NCBI GenBank assembly: GCA_023920165.1
Contig: CP089278.1
Coordinates: 1,860,001-1,924,000, forward strand
Reading direction: 5' to 3'
DNA length: 64,000 nt
DNA from: Curvularia clavata
Taxonomy: Eukaryota
A program made the translations under genes and the position numbers. Below the pieces are notes generated by a model. The model was not told where the DNA came from. It made no database searches and saw only the letters and a list, made by a program, of their open reading frames with translations. Shown here piece by piece: positions 24,423 to 36,886 of the stretch (positions are counted from its first letter, which is position 1; each line of letters starts with the position of its first letter).

Positions 24423-25071
24423 TTAGAAATCACACCTTCCGTCCTTCCAACCCGTCCTCCACCTCTCTTCCCATCTCTTGCAATCAAACTTTTCTTTACC
24501 CAACTTCTCATTCACCGCGTTGTGCGCCTCACACATCCACTCGCCAAACTCGGCACGACTGCTCACCCGCGGCGTGTTCTGCTGCATCCACTTTTGAAAG
24601 TCCTCGGCACACACCCAGCACGGGTAGAGCTTGCCGAACGTGCTGAGAAAGGACTTTGTTTCTGATTGTAATTGCGGCGAAGGGCTGGGCGGATATGTAG
24701 CGGTTATCGAGTGCAGGAGGGTCCAGGAGGAGCGGCCGAGGGCTTCGACGTCGGGAGGGCAGTCGGCGGGGAGGGTAGGCGTGGTTGGGGTGGTGGAGGT
24801 AGCAGTGCGCTTTTTGGACACTTTGCCGGACATGGCAAAGAGGGAGGTCAGGTCGTTGCATGTGCGGCATCTATGTACTGGAGGTCAGTGTTCACTGCTT
24901 TCTCTTCTCTACCTCATGCGTGCATGCGACTGGGCTGTGGCATGGTCCGTCGCTTGGGCAGACTTACGGCTTGCCATCTGGACCCAGTATGATGCCATTG
25001 GGCAGCTTCTTGTAGCCCGGCCTTCCCTCGATGTCCTGCGCCTCGCTCGCATCTGGCTTGTCCTGGGCCAT
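24423..25071 (-). CDS. ERV1: Erv1/ALR FAD-linked sulfhydryl oxidase, 2 exons
   Basis: Exons 25071-24968 and 24870-24423. Shuttle motif GKPCRTC across the junction, then CPPDVEALGRSSW, redox CWVC, and CEAHNAVNEKLGK...C. Confidence 0.93.
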
Positions 25072-25365
25072 TTTGTGTTTCCCTCCGCTTTTTCCTCTGT
25101 GGATTTACAATAATGAGGGCAGAATATTGTGGTGTTGCATCGGATGATTTCTAAGCCCTTCCAGCGTCGGAGTTCTCGGCGTTAAGGCGGCACGCATCGT
25201 TTCTTCAAACCCTGCAATGTTGCTCCCGCTTCCGAGTGACGTACATGACGCGACTTGCGGTGTCTAGCTATACTTTTTGCTTGGATATTGCACTCGCATG
25301 GTTCCTAACAACGTGTTGTGGGTCCTTTACTGTCCTTGGTTTTTGCTGTTCCCTTTCCCTCAATT

Positions 25366-26429
25366 ATGGACATTCCCGTGGCTGCCAATGTATTGGGAAC
25401 AATGGGCGCTGTATGTGGAATCAATTGATGGCACGACGTTTGTACATACTAATCAGAACAGGTATGTTGGTCTATTCAGGTGAGTATAGGCGTATAATTA
25501 ACTTCCGTGTCCATGTACGACAACTGTACTGAGCATTCGTCAGTTGATTCCTCAAATCATCGTCAACTACAGACGGCATAACGCAACTGGACTGCAACCA
25601 ACAATGATGATGTTGTGGGCTTGGGCTGGCGTCCCCCTAGGCGTATACAACATTGCTGAAGACTTCAATGTTGCTTTGCGCATCCAGCCTCAAATCCTCA
25701 CCGCCTTGAGCCTCGTCACATGGATCCAGTGCTACTATTATGAAAAGGTGACTCGAAGAATTCACAGACTGACAGGGTGGGATTGAGACTGACGCCCCAC
25801 AGAACTGGTCTGTCTCGCGTTCACTCGCTGTAGTCGGCCCAATAGCCTGCCTCATGGGTGCTGTGCAAACAGGTCTGATCTTCGCGATACGCCATGCTAA
25901 GAGCGAGGGCCTACACTGGCCGAGCATCCTCATGGCGGTTACTTCAGCTGCTCTGCTTGCGGCTGGCGTTCTTAGACATTACATTGATGTCTACCTCTTC
26001 CGGACTGTTCGAGGAATCTCCTTCATCTTCGTAGGCATTGATGCGCTTGGCGATGTATTCTCATTGGCATCTGTTGTGTTTCAGCCTACACTTGATATAT
26101 TGGGGATTGTGATTTATGGCACTGAATTGGTTCTCTGGATCGGCATCTTTGTTTGTGGGGCTTATTACAACCTCATACCCTGGATTCGATCAAAAGCAGA
26201 TGACAAGAAGAGCCGGCAAGCCCCACGCGAAGACGGCGCTCACCGTTCCGCGCATCTCAGTAGACATGGGCATGGACCTGCAGCGACATCTGGGGTCGCC
26301 CTTCACAGTCTACCCTCTAGCACTTCAGTCTTCAGGACGCCGTCGGGTGATATGCAAGTTATGCAACCGCGCACTGTAAGTGCGGCACATGAGACAAACC
26401 CCAGCCATATGCCACGGAGGGTTGCCTAG
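25366..26429 (+). CDS. PQ-loop membrane transporter, 4 exons including an 18-nt micro-exon
   Basis: Exons 25366-25410, 25462-25479, 25544-25747 and 25803-26429 give MDIPVAANVLGTMGAVCWSIQLIPQIIVNYRRHNATGL. IQPQ and GISFIFVGID motifs and several transmembrane helices follow. Confidence 0.88.
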
Positions 26430-26829
26430 TTCCACTCCATACTTGCTAGAATCTGTTGCTGGCTGAGTGTGAGCGTTTGTTTGCCACGCGTTTAGCGGTG
26501 ACTGCGCGTTGATCTCTGGCTCCTCATACGGCAGGCGCACGCACCTCTCTCCTCCACAGTTCTACCCCACACACTGCGCTCGCATTGCCCACAACAACAA
26601 TCGCCGGCAGAGCTTTTCAACACAAGGGCTTCATTTTGAACGTATAGTGTGCAAACTGAGCGTCGGAACCAGTATTGGTAGGTACCCATTCACTTATTGC
26701 TGCTCTTCCTGCCTCATCTGCTTTCACTTGCCCTTGACCAACCAGAGGGCGAGTATATCTCTGCCATACTGATGAAACAGCAAAGCATACGCAACTTTTG
26801 CCATTGAGACTGCAGCAATTTCTACTATC

Positions 26830-27741
26830 ATGGGTCTCAAGAAGATCACTTCGCTCGACTGCCAGTCAGAGGGTCCGTCGGCGCCTGCTCCGAGCGTGGC
26901 CAGCGAGTATCCCAGTACCCCCGTCAGTGGCTCGGTTGATCCTCCTCCAGAGATGGACTTCGATGCTGTTGCCAGAGTTCTTGGCCCATTGGCTGATGCG
27001 CTCAATGAGGCCGCCTTGGAGGCTAGCTATCCGTCCCCTCCCAACAATACACCGGCGGTTGGTTCTCCAGCAGACTCCATCCTATCCCGCTACCCTAGGC
27101 CTCGTGGTCGTGGTCACAGCAACCTCGGCGATAGGTCCTTTCAGATGAAGCCTGGCAATCGCAACCTGCATTGTCGTGAGGCAGATGTCAGATCAAACAA
27201 CTACTCTCCCGAGGCTTTCATTGCCGAGAATGAACAGGCTGAGATTGTGAGTATCTCTGGGGCCCTGAGTGATAGCGACATGAACAAGCAGGGCCCTGGA
27301 AGCGCAGTCAGGTCTCATTCTCCAATCAGTGTAACCAGTCGTGTCGTACCCTTCATCTTAGGATCTCCTGCTTCCAACCCGCTCATCGAGGAGTACTTGT
27401 CCTTCACCTCGAACGACTTGCCCACCAAATCGGTCGCTCCTTGTCTTCCTTCTACGCTCATGGAGACTGGCGCAGTCTCTATCAAGACCGCCGTCAATGG
27501 CAGCAGCGAGCATAATGCCTTCAGCGAGGGTGTCACCGAGAAGACTAATTGGGCCGAGGAAGTCGAGGAGGCCGTCGAACGCGTTTGCTTACGCCTCGAG
27601 CAGCTCGCTGATGACGAGTTCAAGTCGGATCCCAGCAAGAGCATCGAGGAGTATTATGTCGCTCGCCTTCAGCGTCTGCTTGGCGGAAACAAGCGTAAAG
27701 TTCCTGTCCACGTCCACAAGGTCAAGACCGCGCACCAGTAA
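26830..27741 (+). CDS. Hypothetical Ser/Pro-rich, acidic protein (303 aa)
   Basis: Uninterrupted 912-nt ORF with an ATCATGG start and C-ending codon bias. No recognisable domain. Confidence 0.55.
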   Translation: MGLKKITSLDCQSEGPSAPAPSVASEYPSTPVSGSVDPPPEMDFDAVARVLGPLADALNEAALEASYPSPPNNTPAVGSPADSILSRYPRPRGRGHSNLGDRSFQMKPGNRNLHCREADVRSNNYSPEAFIAENEQAEIVSISGALSDSDMNKQGPGSAVRSHSPISVTSRVVPFILGSPASNPLIEEYLSFTSNDLPTKSVAPCLPSTLMETGAVSIKTAVNGSSEHNAFSEGVTEKTNWAEEVEEAVERVCLRLEQLADDEFKSDPSKSIEEYYVARLQRLLGGNKRKVPVHVHKVKTAHQ

Positions 27742-28110
27742 GCCAGATCTCCTCGAAATCATACACAGATTGTGTTTCCATACTGGCGGACACCTCGCGG
27801 AGAAACTGATGAGGATTTCGTCCCAATGTCTTTAGGACATGGACAAAAAGTTTTTTTTTATACTGAAATGGGATGCATACGGACTATCATAGCGGGTCAC
27901 ATTAGCGCCGGTGTTCTATACCCACATCACTCAATCGGCGTTTTACAATCTTATGGAAATCATGTACGCGATAAGTTGCCTTGCTAGCTAGCAGGTTCGG
28001 CCCAACTAATAGTAATGCTTGCTTTTAATGAATCTCAGCTGAGATATGGTGCGTTTCGGATACAACGTGATATCTCAATGTCATGAGCTCTACCTAATAT
28101 CTAGGCCGTT

Positions 28111-28705
28111 CTAGGCAAAGCGATGGTACCATCCATTCCTCACGCCAAGACCTTGCATAATCGCCACAACGGCCAGCGTTGCAGCAGTCGGCTTGTCGTT
28201 CGTCTTCCAGTACGCCACTCCCGCAGCTGCTAACAGTGCCGTTAAGATACCAGCAATGCTTTTATCGTATATATCGTACACTCCAGTCATAGACCACTTA
28301 TAATTGAGGATACCTTGGTCGTAGCATTAGAATGTAGAACATCTTGGCATTTGCGATCTTTTGACGCCTAAAGGGGGGGGGGCTCGCGGAAAACTTACTC
28401 ATGATCACAAAGAAGCCACTGCCTTCGTACCAGCCAATCTTGGAGGCGCCGCGAAGCATTAATGGAAGCGTGTTCATGGTTGGATGTTTGAATTGGTCAA
28501 GGCCTTTCATCTGTGTTGGAAGTAATGGGTTAGAAGGATGATGAGATGGAATACTGGAATTGACCCTTCTTCGATGTTTTGCTTTTACAAACAATCTCTA
28601 TGAAGATATCCAGGATGTATTTACCGTGTGGCCTAGAGCGAGGACGCCATATGCGGCGCTAGTTGCTAGTAGCAGCGGGTGCGATTGAGAGGTTGTGGAT
28701 GCCAT
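28111..28705 (-). CDS. Small hypothetical membrane protein, ~131 aa, 3 exons
   Basis: Exons 28705-28625, 28510-28399 and 28313-28111 have GT-AG ends and CTAAC/CTAAT branch sites and join in frame: MASTTSQSHPLLLATSAAYGVLALGHT-MKGLDQF...IGWYEGSGFFVIMSILNYKW...GWYHRFA. About four hydrophobic segments. Confidence 0.75.
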
Positions 28706-29185
28706 TATTTGCGATGATGATTGTCTAGTACGATGGTTGAGGTACAGACAGGACTCAAATTGTGGCTCAGTACGATCTGCAAACAGATGGAAAAAGACGT
28801 TATACGAGAGCAGGAGGGGAAGACATAGGTGCAGCCAACGCGGTGATGTCGCGTCGGCATGATGAAATGCCGTGTTGAGCCGAGGTTACCTAGCGCAGAT
28901 TTGTATGGTTCCCCCACTTTTATGACAATTCGGGTGCGCCAATGGTAATACGAGAGCCTGCAGAGATGCACTTGTATACTTTCATGGTACTTTTGATTTG
29001 TTCTTTGATGATCCATTGCAATCCTCGATCAGCATAATTGTTGGACCTTGGTGTACAGAGCCTATTGAGCGCCAGATTCCGTCACCTCGTTTTACTAAGC
29101 TCAGGATATATTTGTCCCTAGATGATATCCCTGACATGCTGTCATGAGCAGTACCCTGTTCTCTACGCCTGCTGTTTTTCTCCCA

Positions 29186-29700
29186 TTACTTTCTATCCTG
29201 GGAATCCTTTCCCTGCTTCACAGTACTCTCATCAAGCTGGCTTTTGGTCGGCATGGCAGGCAGGATGCCGTTCGCAATAGCATCGAGATCTGAAAGCATA
29301 CATGTGGCTGGCGAACTGTAAGGACCAACTTTCTCCTTCTCAGAGTGGAGAAAAACAGCCTTCTTCTCTGCCCAACTCAGTGCGTTGTCAGCGGCGGTCT
29401 TGGCGGTCCGGATGACATCGGAGATGAGGGTCGAAGCTCGCGAGGCATCGTTGCTGATATCGCTTGCATCGCGTAGGATACTTTGGGAATGTAAGTCTCT
29501 GGGTGATGCCTTAGTGGAAGTTTTGTCAACCTCAGTTGGAGGCACGGCCTAGCAGGTCAGATTAGTGCCATGCTGTCAGTGGGGTGTTTATAACATACCT
29601 GCTCAGTGCCTGATGAACCAGTGGACGTTCGCTGCATGTTTTCTTGAGATTTTGTGTTTCGGAAGCTCCCAGCACAGCTGGTTTTATGTATTGGTTCCAT
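29186..29700 (-). CDS. Hypothetical protein, ~154 aa (start uncertain)
   Basis: Intron 29598-29549 (GTATGT...CTAAT...TAG) joins MEPIHKTS...GTEQ in frame to the 29548-29186 ORF. Further splice signals upstream suggest more 5' exons. Confidence 0.35.
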
Positions 29701-31921
29701 GAGTCTCTTGTTTGTTGGGTGTTTGCGAAGTGGCGACTGGTGCCTTCCTTCTTTACCTCGCGTGTCGCAACGCACGTTAGTGCGTAACGCAAACGGTGAC
29801 CTTCTCATTTCTAACTTCACCTCTCCAGTGAGAAGCAGGGGGCGCCTCTTCAGCAGGCATCACGAACCTCGAGGGCATTCTTGAAGTGGAGCGAAGTTCA
29901 AGCCTGTGGCAGCGTTCATACAGGAGGAACGTACTTACTCTTGGCGGACATCGCCACCGTCAGTTCGTCAATTCAGTGTGTCAATCAAGGAGCTAATTCA
30001 TATGAATAAATGGTGAGTTATCGGTAGTATACTTAACTCACTGCAGATCATCAAGACAGACCCTATAGCAGCACCGAGTCAGTGACCCAACACAAGGCAG
30101 CCTACCTGATATTACGTCTAAAGAGCTTACAAGGTTTCTATTCATTAGTGGTCTGGGCCTCTGCATGATCTCGATTCGTCATGTCAACCGCGTTTCTCCG
30201 GGGACTTTCTGCAAGATGCAAGACACTTGTCATGGACTTGCCAGGTACCATGATTAAGGCGCTTAGTGCCGAAGCACTCTCTCTGATACCTTTTTGACTC
30301 ATTATGGTGTAGTTCGAACGTTCCTACATTTCTAATCAGGCAAGACAATAATCACATTCATGCCTCAGCACTCGACCATTCTATTTCATGAACTTGCCGT
30401 TGTCGGACACATGGAAACATATGCTCTTGTACATCGGATCATTGTCGGTCTTGTGCAGGTTGCTACGTGACGCTACTTACCTAGTCGTCAGAGTCAGGCA
30501 CCCACCGGCTATTCTCATGAGAATTCAAAGACCATCAAGTTTTTTCAAAAACGTAGCCACCAGCCTACCTCGTCCTGTACTGGAAATACACTAGGTGTGT
30601 ACCAAAACCAAGCGTGTGCCCCGTGGTGCGCCACATGGCGGGAGGGTGCAAGCGCTGGATGCGCAGATCAAAATGTTGACCCAGCGCGAGCCTTGCTCGG
30701 GTAAAGGTGGCGCACACCCAGCCGTCTGTACTCTGGCCTAGGCTATGCCCAAGCAAGCAACACGGAGGCTGGTTTCGGCGGCATTACCAGGAGGCTAGGT
30801 TGCCAGTGTTCCAGCTAGAGGCTGGGTGCACCCGGCGATAAGAAATGCCATGGTCGGTATATCACGTCCGTGACGTGACTGTATCGAAGTCCAGGTCAGA
30901 AAGATGCAGCAAAATAGCGCCGGAGTCGACGACCAATGCACATCGAAGCACTGGTTCACATCCCCAGGCGCCGTTGGACATGGTTCTCAAAACGCCCCAC
31001 TTGTTTGACGGCTCTTACAGGCACAGGCCGGGACGGACCCTGTGATTACATTTGGGCAGCGCTGTGATATGAGGTACTGCTGCACAGAAGTCTCGCCCTG
31101 CCTATCAGACCGAGAGCAATGCTTCGAGTGGAGTTCGCGTGGCTTGGAGGGTAATATGGAAATGCTGCGGTCCATGTCGGGGGGCGGGCGTGAATGATCA
31201 GGAGACGCAGTTTATGCAGGTCCAGTGCCGCTGTTCGGTGATGGCAGTCGAATGTTGGACCCTCTTTGCCAAGTCAGTAGCGTACGCCCTCCGATCTTCG
31301 TCGGCCGTCTTGCTCTTCTATTAGCCTGTTGCACACACGGTTGGTGGGTTCGAGTGGTCGGCCTGTCGCTCGCTTCTGCTGCCATGTCCAAAGCTAAGCA
31401 GGAAATGACTTTGGCAGGCTCCGTGCTTTCTGCACTCTTCTCTGTAAGCAGGCCGTGGGCACACCCCCCCTCGTGATGACCACCACTTCGCTTCTTCAGG
31501 AACTCGCCCGCAGCTGTGGGGGCAGAATCAACGACATGGTGCGCGTCCGCTTACCACTCGGGAGCCTGGGGGTGATCCTCTGCAGCCGCTGTTATTGATT
31601 GTGGAGTGCTTCACGCCCCTTGTCATCCCCGCATTTACGCCGCTCATCTCGCGGGCCATGTCTTGCACCTGTATAGAGCTAAGGGGAGGCGAGATTGGGT
31701 GTGGTTATAATCGCTGCTGGCCCTGCCGTCAGTTGTCGTCACACTGTTCTGCTGCGCCTTGTCTTAATCAGCTATTTTCGCTACCACGTTTGCGACTATA
31801 CTGTTTTCTCTTTCCCTCTTCCTCATACTCGTATCCTGCACTCAGTCTCGGTGTCGTGGCTGCACGCCGCACTACCAAAGCGTAGGACCACCCCCGGCCT
31901 TTGTCTACTCGTCCACCAATC

Positions 31922-34190
31922 ATGGCCGGGATTACTCCTTCGCCAGAAGTCAGCCCCGTGTCCGCGGCGACCACTAATGGAGGCTTTCCCCGTGATGCCT
32001 TCTGTCTCAATCTCTCCACTCTGCCAGACGCCAACAGCTTTGTGCTCAAGTCTGCTCTGAGGTCTCCCCATCTCCTCGAGTCTCCGAATGGCTTGTTCTC
32101 AGGAAGTGGTAGCTTAACCGGTACTATCAAGAAGCGGCCCCGCAACATGTCTCAATCTTCTGGTACGGACCGGGAAATGTCCAATGACAACACCCCACCT
32201 GCACAGACAAATGGTATCCCTCCCACGAGCAACGGTACCAATAGCACAAATGCAGAATCACGACCAGCCAACAAGAAGCGGCCGAGTACCGACACAATAG
32301 ACTATCCGCGACGGCGCGCGACCATTGCGGTACAGCATCCTTTCTCTCTTCTCTGTTATTCTTTCAATCTTCAAGGAGTCTCCTCGCGCAGCAACTGACA
32401 TAAAGTAGTGTGAGATATGCCGGTCACGGAAATCACGATGTGATGGAACACGGCCAAAGTGCCGGCTTTGCACAGAGCTCAACGCAGAATGTATCTATCG
32501 GGAACCAGGAATCAAGCTTGACGCAGGCGACAAGCTCATCCTTGAACATCTGAACCGCATCGAAGGCCTTCTTCAGTCCGGCCTTACCAGTAGCTTCTCG
32601 CTCTCTTCGCACTCGCCCGCTGCCAGCAACTCAACCAGCGAAGATTTTCTCGCACGAAGCACCGGCAATATACCCCATCTCGGCATGGTCCAGCCGATCA
32701 ACGGCATCGGAACATGGACTAACCATCCTTCAAATATTTCGACCATGCCAAAGACCCATAATACAGCTGCGCTAAATTTGCTGTCGTCGCCAATGATCCG
32801 TGAGCTCGTGTCTCGCCAGTATGACGCCAAGATCCTTCTCCAGTTGGAGATGACCAGAGAATCGGTAAGCCTAGGATCCAGCCGGGGGCTAGACCTGTCC
32901 AACACAGGCGCGTATGTTCAAGCATACTTTGAGAGAGTGAACGTCTTTTACGCCGTGGTCAACCCCTATACCTGGAGCAGCCACTACCAGACCGCCCTCA
33001 GCCACGGATTCCGCGATGGGCCTGAAAGCTGCATAGTTCTCCTGGTGCTTGCTCTCGGCCATGCGGCAAGCACAGGGAGTATCACACAACAAAACCCGGA
33101 AAAAGACCCTCCGGGCTTGGCGTACTTTGCCGCAGCTTGGAGCCTGCTCCCTACCGTCATGACGAAGAACAACATGGTTGCCGCGCAATGCCAGATCCTG
33201 GCCGCAGCATACTTGGTGTATCTCGTGCGCCCAGTCGAGGCCTGGAACGTCTTGTCGGGTGCGAGTATGAAACTTCAGCTCCTGTTGAGCGCGCCAGGTC
33301 GCGTGTCCCCAGCCGAAGAGGAGCTGGGCAAGAGAGTGTATTGGAATGCAGTTATGATTGAGAGTGATCTCTTAGCAGAGCTTGATCTTCCCCACTCTGG
33401 CATAGCACAATTTGAAGAAGGCTTCTCTTTGCCAACCGGCTTCGAGGACTTGGGAACGGAAACTGTTGGCCGGGACGAGCTGTGGTATTTCCTCGCTGAG
33501 ATCGCTCTCCGGAGACTGCTCAACCGCGTGAGCTCCATGCTTTACATCCGAACGACGCCCTACTCGAAAGGCCCAGCCGCCACATCGATTGCTCAATTGG
33601 ACCCGCTGGTCGTGGAACTAGATTACCAACTGAATCAGTGGTATGCTGGACTACCGCCAGCCATGCAATTTCCGCTTGACCGAGTGCCATTACAAAACCC
33701 CGTCCAGACCGTCTTGAGACTGCGATACTTTGCATGTCGTACCATCATCTTCCGACCCTATGTTCTACTAGTACTTCAAGATGAAGCACTTGCGATGGAT
33801 TCAAGTGTGCAGGATAATTGCCACAAGTGCCTAGAGGCCTGTGTCCGGCAACTGGAATACATCACCGCGCACCATGCTGGACATCTTCCCTACTTGTTCC
33901 AAGGCGCTCTTTCGTGAGTTCACCTTTCAAACCACTCGTGCATAGGCTAACCATACTAAAGTATCATCTCCCAAACACTACTCATTATGGGAGCGACTAT
34001 GACACCTTCGCTTTCACAACTTCTTCCACCACCCGCGACCATGGACGACATCATAAACAACGTTGTTCTGGAAATGGAAAGATATGCCCATCTCGCGCCC
34101 AGTCTTCGACTGTCTGCAGAGATCATTCGTGAAGCCGAAGGAAAGCGACAGATGTGGCTACGAACAGCAGGACTCAAATTCGAGGTTTGA
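31922..34190 (+). CDS. Zn2Cys6 fungal transcription factor, 3 exons
   Basis: Exons 31922-32329, 32409-33913 and 33962-34190. The cluster RRRATIA|CEICRSRKSRCDGTRPKCRLCTELNAEC is followed by a fungal TF middle homology region. An alternative ATG at 32147 is possible. Confidence 0.9.
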
Positions 34191-36886
34191 AGGTCTCTAC
34201 CAGGGAAGCGAAATACCATGCAAGGCACAAGTTGTCGCTTTGTGACCAGGGCGGCTGCTATAGAACTGGGGGAATAATCCCCACTGCCGGTTCCGCTGTA
34301 AGATTTGCCTGCCGCTTTTGGCAGGCTCCGTGGCTACATGCATTCGGTAGAATCCATCACCACACACGACACTGACTATCATATACGCGACATAAGCGGG
34401 GTAGTCTGATGGACCCAATTCTGAGGCCAAGCACAGACCTGCACAACCCACTCACTGTATTGGGTCTCACTCCATACAGACGTCGACTTGGCTTTGAGCT
34501 TGTAGTCTTCTGCACTCTGCCTTTCGTAGTTGGCACGTTTGGTGGATCCAGTCCTCGCGCGACATCCGAGGCGATTTCACCAAGGTGGGGCCGAAATCGC
34601 AAACAGGCTAGCAGACCAGAAGACAGTAACGTAAGGAAAACAATGCATGTTCCGGAAGAGCCGCATCCAAATAGAGAAGGTCTACCCAGTCACCTTTACA
34701 TCACCATGCCAAAGAAAGGCCGGGGAATCGGCGACGGAGTCACCGTGATGAAGGGACGTTCTGTGGAGACAACGATGTGTCCCATACAGGTCCGCATTCG
34801 GTACGGAACGGTGACTGGCACTGCCGCTACCACTGCCACTTCTACAGCGGGTGTGAAAGACTAGGTCTTGCACTGCACTGCTTGCTACAATACATGATTT
34901 CGACCAATAGCAAATAAGTACCAACGACAATGCTTCAGCCTGACATGATCGTGACGTCCCTCTGTACCTCACTCCGCCCGCGTGCATAATACCCTAACCA
35001 GGAAACACATATGTAGCGTACACGCGCGCACACGGCACGATTCTTAATGCCCATACACATGTACATTCGTACGCACAAAAATGCCACTAACGCAAGTCCC
35101 CCGCACAAATCCAATCTACATCATGCAGCAAGCGGCCAGGGTATAGAGTAATCCCTGTCCAACCACCAGCATCGTGAGCTTGAACGCCATTTAACCGCAC
35201 GCCCACATTTCGGGCCTTCTGGAAACGGAGTGGAAAGTTCTTTGAACCCTTCGAGAAACTAGAGTCCAAGATGACGCTGGACAGGGATCCTGAGATGGTG
35301 TGTTGGACATTGTCCGCGTGGTGAGTGATGAGGGGCCGTTGTCAGCCCTTCATCTCAGATATTAGTACGCCTATTATAGGCCCAAATGTCTTAACCTCGC
35401 AGGCATGTGGCTTAGCTACGCCAACGCTGCGTAACCCTCACCGATGGAGGGCGGTTGGAATGTATAATTCGCCAGTACATTTTGTGCAAACTCATGACCA
35501 CGATGCCCCAGATCAGCACCCGTCACCTGGAAGCATAGCCATAAACAACAAAGTCATTGCCAAATAGTCAGTAGTTGCATGTCGTTTTCCTCTGCAGCCA
35601 CAATTTTGTCGTAGATCCTGTGTGGATAACCCCGCAGAATCTGGGTTCGCAGAATGATTATCGTGACACACTTTTTATTATCTAGATAAGCCCTTTTGGT
35701 GTCGATGAGACATGATGGTACAAACCTTGAAATACACTTGTTGGAGTAGGCCATTGGTTTATCCGGATTAAGACGACGCCACAATCGGATATGCGGGAGT
35801 TTGGGCCGTCGTTGGCACACAATGCTTTGGTGGTCACACCAGCAAGAAAAAGTCGTGACGAGATTGAAATATACTCTCTATACTTTTGTGGTGTTGCAGC
35901 TCTGCTTCACGCAGCTGGACGTCATAGCAGACCCAAACAACTGGTTGTGGGTCAAGAGGAAGTTCCAGAAGAAGCGTGGAATACCTCCGATGGTAAACCA
36001 TTGAATTACCGAACGTCAAGAGTCGGTAGTTCCCAACACCCTAAGGCAGCCATTGACCTATAGAATCCGAACACCGCTTACTTAGACAACAGATTGTCGG
36101 TTTAATTCTCTTTATTGACGACCTGCTCGCCCTGCATGCACGCTTCATGCTAAGATTGCTTCATGATTGTTGAATCCTTCTCCGTTCTCATCTTGTCTCT
36201 GCGTACCTCAATAAGGTTCTCAATCTCCGATCGCCCCACGAGGCACATGCCATTGCCTGGCACGATAGAGTTGAATGAAATCTGAAAAATTCCTCATGGC
36301 TAGAACACCTCCCCTTGCCTATATGTTTCGAGCACTGGTGATAAGATCTACCGGTGAGATTTGGAATCTCATCAATGTCAGCTTCCGCACGGCTCGCACC
36401 TAATCTTTACGCCGAGATGATGAGTTGTTGGTCACGTGAGTTTGATGATGCTTGCTGGTGAAGATGTTACCTTGATCGTAGTGTTTCAGAGTACTATCAA
36501 GCCATCCTTGCGGGAGGATTTTCGATATGAGCTTTTAGGCTAGTCTTAAAGATGTCTTGTTGATGGTACATACTATATGTCCTGATCTGCTTGGTCCGCT
36601 CATAAGGCAAATGGATGAATCAGTAGCTCTTGAGCTGCTTGAACCGGTAACCTGTATAATGAGGAGGAAACACATAACAATCGAACTCTAATATGCACAT
36701 TGCCTATTATATGACAGAAACTATCAAGTACAGCGACACTACGCTTCGACGGTTTTTGGCCTGGAGAAAAGGTGATTAGCACAGACTTCGCGCTATTCGC
36801 CTTATGCACTAGCGCAATACTGGACCCACTAAAATTTCTTTGCGACTTCAACATCTGCGCGCGACAACAACTGCATCTTCAACATC

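Noticed and set aside
34991..34999. ACCCTAACC as a possible telomerase RNA template
   Set aside because: A 9-nt permutation of the TTAGGG repeat is expected about three times per 64 kb by chance. No convincing pseudoknot or P6.1 element was identified.
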